A DNA stretch of 28,481 nucleotides, from positions 1-28,481 of IMG/VR virus record IMGVR_UViG_3300017785_006837; one strand, given 5' to 3'. The stretch's first letter is position 1. The number at the start of each line of letters is the position of its first letter. The translations under genes were made by a program, and so were the position numbers. Positions 23,969 to 28,481 of the stretch are shown in pieces. The notes under the pieces were generated by a model, which did not search any database, had not been told where the DNA came from, and saw nothing but the letters and a program-made list of their open reading frames with translations. This DNA is from a virus (taxonomy: Duplodnaviria > Caudoviricetes).

Positions 23969-25702
23969 ATGGAATTTAAAATCGGAAATAAAGTAAAAAT
24001 TATTCAAAGAAAACCTGGTAATACTACTGGTGCTGAAAATTGTGGAAAACCTAATGGTGATGTTGGTAGTATTGGGTTTATTACAAGTATTCATGACACT
24101 GATTTTACATATTGTATAGAAAACGATAGAAAGTACTATGGTTTTTTTGATAAAGATGATTTAGAATTATTAATTGATAAACAAGAAGATCTAACTGGTA
24201 GATGGTTAAAAGCTCTAAAAGATAAACCTGAAAGTACTGATTATGAAAAAAATGATTATATTAAAATAAAATCAGGAAATTTTAACGATGCTTATTGTGA
24301 TGATGAATATACTTTTTGGGTTACTCCTTCTAAAAAAGATTTATATGAATTAATGCCTGAAGGTTTTGATCCTGATCAATCTATCCCTAAATATGTAAAA
24401 TGTACTACTTCTTTTATCAATCATACTAAAGGAACTATTTATTATGTATTTCCAGATGGTTATGTACAAAATGATCTTAAAGATAAATCTAATTTAACTT
24501 ATGATGGTGGTGGTTTTAAACCAACAACTGAAGAAGCTTATGATGCTCAATTTATAACTATGGACAAAAATAAATTCAAAAAAGGTGATTATGTAGTATT
24601 ACTGGCATCTTGCGATGGTGGAAACTGTTGGGAGAGTTCTTTACCTATAAACTATTGCTATAGACTTAGAGATAATTCAAATTCACATAATTTTAATGTG
24701 ATGTTGGATGTAACTGATTCTAGTACTAATGGTTGGGGTGCTAATGATAGCTATGATTCTAAATTAAATATTAGAGCTGCTACAATTAAAGAAATAGGTG
24801 AATATGATAGATTAGGTAGACCTTACAATGTTACTGTTCTAACTAAAACTGATATGGAAGCTATTCAAGAAGAATGTAAAAAAAGGTATCCTATTGGTTC
24901 TGAAATACAAAGTGTTGGTAATGATTACACTCATTATTTAAAAAAAGATGGTGGTCTTTATAGTATACATGGTAAAACAATATACTCTACTAGTGGTAAT
25001 GGACTTTTGTATGATGATGGTAAATGGGCTAAATTAGTTAGTTTACCATTTGAAGAAACAAAATCTCAGTATATTGAAATAAATGATTCATATGTTGGTA
25101 AATATGTTAGTTTAAACTATGGCAGTTTGTTTTATGATAAAGTTCTAGTAACTAAAGAACAAGATGAAATTTATTTACTAAATAATTGTTATTCTAATAA
25201 CGATGGACATTCTAATAATAGAAGTAAATTTCAATATTCTTTAATGTTTAGTAGTTTTTATCTATTGAATAGCAATTGTAAAAACATACAATTATTAGAT
25301 ATCCCTAAAACAACTGAACCATATGAGTATACTGCTAAAGAAGCATTAGCTGAACTGAAAAGAAGAGGTTTTAAAGAAGGTGTTGAGTATACTTATATGT
25401 ATCCTGATGGTAAATATGATGAAAGTGATATAAATACAGCTGATTATGATCCTAAAATACACTCTAGTGGTACTTACATTGATTGCGCTGCTGGTTATTT
25501 ATGGCATATTGAATATCCATCTAATTTACACAGAGGACCAATAGTTGAAATTACTAAAACAGAACCTGTACCAGAATTTAATGGATCTAAGTTTTATAAT
25601 TGGGATACTCCTACTGTTCAAACAGGAACTTACTATGAATCTCGTACACCTGATTATTCAAGACCAGAAACCTTATTACCAAAAACAACCCTTAATTATT
25701 AA
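23969..25702 (+). CDS. Large modular hypothetical protein
   Basis: 577 aa made of successive small beta-rich modules (FKIGNKV, FKKGDYV, KKRYPIG, KRRGFKEG). Confidence 0.75.
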   Translation: MEFKIGNKVKIIQRKPGNTTGAENCGKPNGDVGSIGFITSIHDTDFTYCIENDRKYYGFFDKDDLELLIDKQEDLTGRWLKALKDKPESTDYEKNDYIKIKSGNFNDAYCDDEYTFWVTPSKKDLYELMPEGFDPDQSIPKYVKCTTSFINHTKGTIYYVFPDGYVQNDLKDKSNLTYDGGGFKPTTEEAYDAQFITMDKNKFKKGDYVVLLASCDGGNCWESSLPINYCYRLRDNSNSHNFNVMLDVTDSSTNGWGANDSYDSKLNIRAATIKEIGEYDRLGRPYNVTVLTKTDMEAIQEECKKRYPIGSEIQSVGNDYTHYLKKDGGLYSIHGKTIYSTSGNGLLYDDGKWAKLVSLPFEETKSQYIEINDSYVGKYVSLNYGSLFYDKVLVTKEQDEIYLLNNCYSNNDGHSNNRSKFQYSLMFSSFYLLNSNCKNIQLLDIPKTTEPYEYTAKEALAELKRRGFKEGVEYTYMYPDGKYDESDINTADYDPKIHSSGTYIDCAAGYLWHIEYPSNLHRGPIVEITKTEPVPEFNGSKFYNWDTPTVQTGTYYESRTPDYSRPETLLPKTTLNY

Positions 25703-25762
25703 TTAACAAACAATTAAAAACAATTTATTGAGGCAACTCAAAAACTTAAAAAACTAAAAACT

Positions 25763-26221
25763 ATGTCAAGTAAAAACCAAACCCCAAAATCAATGTTCTC
25801 TAAAGTAGCTGCATTTCTTAAACTAGGTGATGAAGGCAAACTTCAATCATTTTACTCAAGATTGCAACGTACTGTTGAACAGGATATTAAAAAACTAACT
25901 ACAAGCAGAAGTCTCCTAGTTAGTAACTTTCAAGAAGTAATTGAACAATATCAATATGATATTCAAGATGCAGTAGAAGCTGTAGATTCAGCTTGGATGA
26001 ATGTAACTCCTGAGCAAGTATCTACTAATGAACTTCAATCTTCATTTATGGGTCAGTATCTTGATGGTGTTTCTAGAGCAGAAGCTAAAGTAACAGCATT
26101 GGAAGATTCACGTTCACGAGCTGAAAAATCTCATGCATCATCTTTAGAAAGTATTGATGAACAAATTGCTAGATTTAACACTTTACTAGTACGCATTACT
26201 GGTGAATCATCAGAAGCATAA
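25763..26221 (+). CDS. Coiled-coil hypothetical protein
   Basis: 152 aa, helical heptad pattern; followed by a terminator. Confidence 0.75.
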   Translation: MSSKNQTPKSMFSKVAAFLKLGDEGKLQSFYSRLQRTVEQDIKKLTTSRSLLVSNFQEVIEQYQYDIQDAVEAVDSAWMNVTPEQVSTNELQSSFMGQYLDGVSRAEAKVTALEDSRSRAEKSHASSLESIDEQIARFNTLLVRITGESSEA

Positions 26222-26248
26222 TATTAAACAATAGGGTTGTTTAATAAT

Positions 26249-26277
26249 AAAGGGGGTTGTGAAAGCAATCCTCTTTT
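26249..26277 (+). terminator. Rho-independent terminator, preceded by a second hairpin at 26222-26246
   Basis: AAAGGGGGTTG-TGAAAG-CAATCCTCTTTT; upstream TATTAAACAA-TAGGG-TTGTTTAATA. Confidence 0.8.
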
Positions 26278-26294
26278 ATTTTAATTTTACCATT

Positions 26295-27416
26295 ATGAAA
26301 TTAATAACTTTAGTTTACAGTATGTTGTTTACTGTAACCTTATTTTCTCAACAGCATAATATATGGTATTTTGGTAGTCAAGCTGGAGTTACATTTAACT
26401 CAGGTTCACCTGTAGCTTTAACTAATGGAGTATTAACTACTACAGAAGGTGTTGCTACAATCTCTGATAATTCTGGTAATTTATTGTTCTATACAGATGG
26501 AGTTACTGTTTATAACAGAAACCATGTAGTTATGACTAATGGGACTGGATTATTTGGTGATGCTTCATCTACACAATCAGCTATTATTGTTCAACAACCT
26601 GGAAATAGTGATATATATTATGTATTTACTTCAGATAATGATGTAGGGACTAATGGGATATGTTATTCTATAGTTAATATGAGTTTATCTGGAGGATTAG
26701 GTGCTGTAACTATTAAAAATTTTAATTTAGTAAGTCAATCATGTGAAAAATTATGTGCTATCAGACATTGTAATAATTTAGATATGTGGGTAGTTTCTCA
26801 TGATTGGAATTCTGTTACTTATAGAGCTTGGTGTGTTACATCAGGTGGAATAACTATTTATGCTTGGGCATTAGGGACTATTGTACCAACAGGTATAACT
26901 CAAAGTGCTTATGGACAAATGAAAGCTTCATTTAATGGAGAAAAAATAGCTACTTGTTACTATGGATTTGCTAATGGTACTGGAACTAATAGAATAGAAA
27001 TATGTGATTTTGATAGATCTACAGGTTTTGTATCTAATTGTCAAGTATTAGCAACAGAAATAGGAATTTATGGTTGTGAATTTTCTCCTGATGGAAATAT
27101 ATTATATGCTTCAACTAATGGGGGTATATTATTACAATGGAATTTAAGTTCTGGAGTATTAGCTACTATACAATCTACTAGAAGAATTGTAGCTAATACA
27201 GGACCTTTTATGGGGAGTTTACAATTAGCTCCTAATAATAAAATATATTTAGCTAGAAATCAAACCAGTCTATCTGTAATTAATAACCCTAATGTTTATG
27301 GAGTAGGTTGTGGATATTCTGATTTATCTGTTCCTTTATTAGGGAGAAGTAGTAGAATGGGTTTACCTAATTTTGCTCCTGAATACATTTATATCCCAAT
27401 ATTAAATTCAAACTAA
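26295..27416 (+). CDS. Secreted beta-propeller protein resembling the N-terminal domain of Bacteroidota T9SS cargo proteins
   Basis: Signal peptide ending LFS-Q; NIWYFG..AG, EG.ATISD..GNLLFYTDG, SSTQSAIIV, EFSPDG..LY, LQLAPNNKIY and GLPNF motifs; no C-terminal sorting domain. Confidence 0.75.
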   Translation: MKLITLVYSMLFTVTLFSQQHNIWYFGSQAGVTFNSGSPVALTNGVLTTTEGVATISDNSGNLLFYTDGVTVYNRNHVVMTNGTGLFGDASSTQSAIIVQQPGNSDIYYVFTSDNDVGTNGICYSIVNMSLSGGLGAVTIKNFNLVSQSCEKLCAIRHCNNLDMWVVSHDWNSVTYRAWCVTSGGITIYAWALGTIVPTGITQSAYGQMKASFNGEKIATCYYGFANGTGTNRIEICDFDRSTGFVSNCQVLATEIGIYGCEFSPDGNILYASTNGGILLQWNLSSGVLATIQSTRRIVANTGPFMGSLQLAPNNKIYLARNQTSLSVINNPNVYGVGCGYSDLSVPLLGRSSRMGLPNFAPEYIYIPILNSN

Positions 27417-27445
27417 TCCTTGTCCTGACTACTAATAATATAAAC

Positions 27446-27526
27446 ATGAAAATCTTATTAACAATCATAGTTTGGGAACTATCTAAATCTATAGTTCTCA
27501 AATTATGGTATAAACTTGTAAACTGA
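27446..27526 (+). CDS. Very small hydrophobic peptide, 26 aa
   Basis: MKILLTIIVWELSKSIVLKLWYKLVN; A-rich leader; ends 1 nt before the next ATG. Confidence 0.5.
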   Translation: MKILLTIIVWELSKSIVLKLWYKLVN

Positions 27527-27527
27527 T

Positions 27528-28361
27528 ATGATTAAAACACAAAAAACTAAAACTCTTGTTACAAAAGATAATGATAATAGTGCTAATTGTATAGCACCTA
27601 ATGTTATTTATGGTTGCTTTGGTGGTTGTGTCAACACATATTGTTATATGTCTAGATACAATGGCACTAGAGTATTTGTAAATACTAATATTGATGATGT
27701 ATTTAATTCTGTTGTAGAATGGGAGAAGTCATATACTAAAGTACCAGATCAACAAGATCCTGTTTATACAATGGTGGATATTGCTTGTAATAGTGATTTA
27801 GTACTAATGCAAAAGCATATGCCTGAACCATTAATAGACTATCTTAAAAGATATGATGATCATCCTAGATTAAATAGTACTATGGCTACTAAGTATTCAG
27901 GTTTATTAACTCTTGATGTTAATCATTTTAACAAGAAGCCTAGAGTAAGAGTTAGTTTGATGCCACAAAGATTCTCAGATATACTAGAGCCTAAGATGCA
28001 AAAGATAACTGATAGAGTAGAAGATATTAGTAGATTAAAACATCTAGGTTGGGAAGTACATATTAACTTTAGCCCATTAATCTTTTATCCAGGATGGCAA
28101 GAAGCTTACAGAGATTTATTTGCTTTAGTAAGAGTTGTAGCAGGTGAGAATAAGTGTGAAGTTATTGCTCTTACTAATCATAAGAATCAAATGGCTAAAA
28201 CTACTGATGAAGCTAGAGAGATTATGAAGTATAGTTCTGAAGTTAAGAATGCATCAGGAGTAATGAGATACCCATTAGTACACAAAACAGGATTACTAGA
28301 AGATTTTAAGAAAATCTATTCTGAATTCTTTGATTTACAAACAATTAGATACATATTTTAA
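27528..28361 (+). CDS. Spore photoproduct lyase-like radical SAM protein
   Basis: GCFGGCVNTYCY cluster motif, DIACNSD (SplB ASCTSD equivalent), ATKY, RVSLMP, NFSPLI and MRY motifs. Confidence 0.8.
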   Translation: MIKTQKTKTLVTKDNDNSANCIAPNVIYGCFGGCVNTYCYMSRYNGTRVFVNTNIDDVFNSVVEWEKSYTKVPDQQDPVYTMVDIACNSDLVLMQKHMPEPLIDYLKRYDDHPRLNSTMATKYSGLLTLDVNHFNKKPRVRVSLMPQRFSDILEPKMQKITDRVEDISRLKHLGWEVHINFSPLIFYPGWQEAYRDLFALVRVVAGENKCEVIALTNHKNQMAKTTDEAREIMKYSSEVKNASGVMRYPLVHKTGLLEDFKKIYSEFFDLQTIRYIF

Positions 28362-28362
28362 T

Positions 28363-28481
28363 ATGAAAAAGCAAACAGCAGTTGAGTGGTTATGTAGCCA
28401 AATTTATACTATTCAAGTAGAACTTGAAGCTGGTAACAATAACTTGAAAAATAAAATTGACCAAGCCAAAGCAATGGAGAA
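28363..28481 (+). CDS. Small phage protein, partial (MKKQTAVEWL...QAKAME)
   Basis: ATG at 28363, open to the window end. Confidence 0.7.
   Translation, partial: MKKQTAVEWLCSQIYTIQVELEAGNNNLKNKIDQAKAME

Noticed and set aside
1-28481. Stop-codon reassignment (TAG or TGA), known in some crAss-like phages
   Set aside because: Long genes are intact under code 11; TAG (172, 3017, 20118) and TGA (ATGA overlaps at 12642, 13251) act as real stops

Overview
AT-rich fragment of a crAss-like (Crassvirales-type) phage infecting Bacteroidota, in two divergent arms. The minus strand (~14.8 kb down to 1) is the late/virion module: GroES, HU/IHF-like, ferritin-like, candidate TerS, TerL, portal, scaffold-like protein, major capsid protein, ring and auxiliary capsid proteins. 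Several of these genes have Bacteroidota TAnnTTTG promoters. The plus strand (~15.3 kb to the end) is the early/replication arm: many small ORFs, a DUF1874/AcrIII-1-type ring nuclease, tRNA-Arg(UCU), an SSB-like protein, a family A DNA polymerase, a Bacteroidota-type secreted beta-propeller and a spore photoproduct lyase-like radical SAM protein. The most striking unexplained signals are non-coding: (i) a ~690-nt ORF-free run of five stem-closed RNA-like domains directly upstream of the tRNA (18872-19557); (ii) a ~250-nt structured element with its own promoter at the strand switch (14905-15160); (iii) repeated early-region motifs (TTCAC-N16/17-ATG, and a GGTTGGTAAACC hairpin). All family assignments and foldings are by eye, with no database searches.
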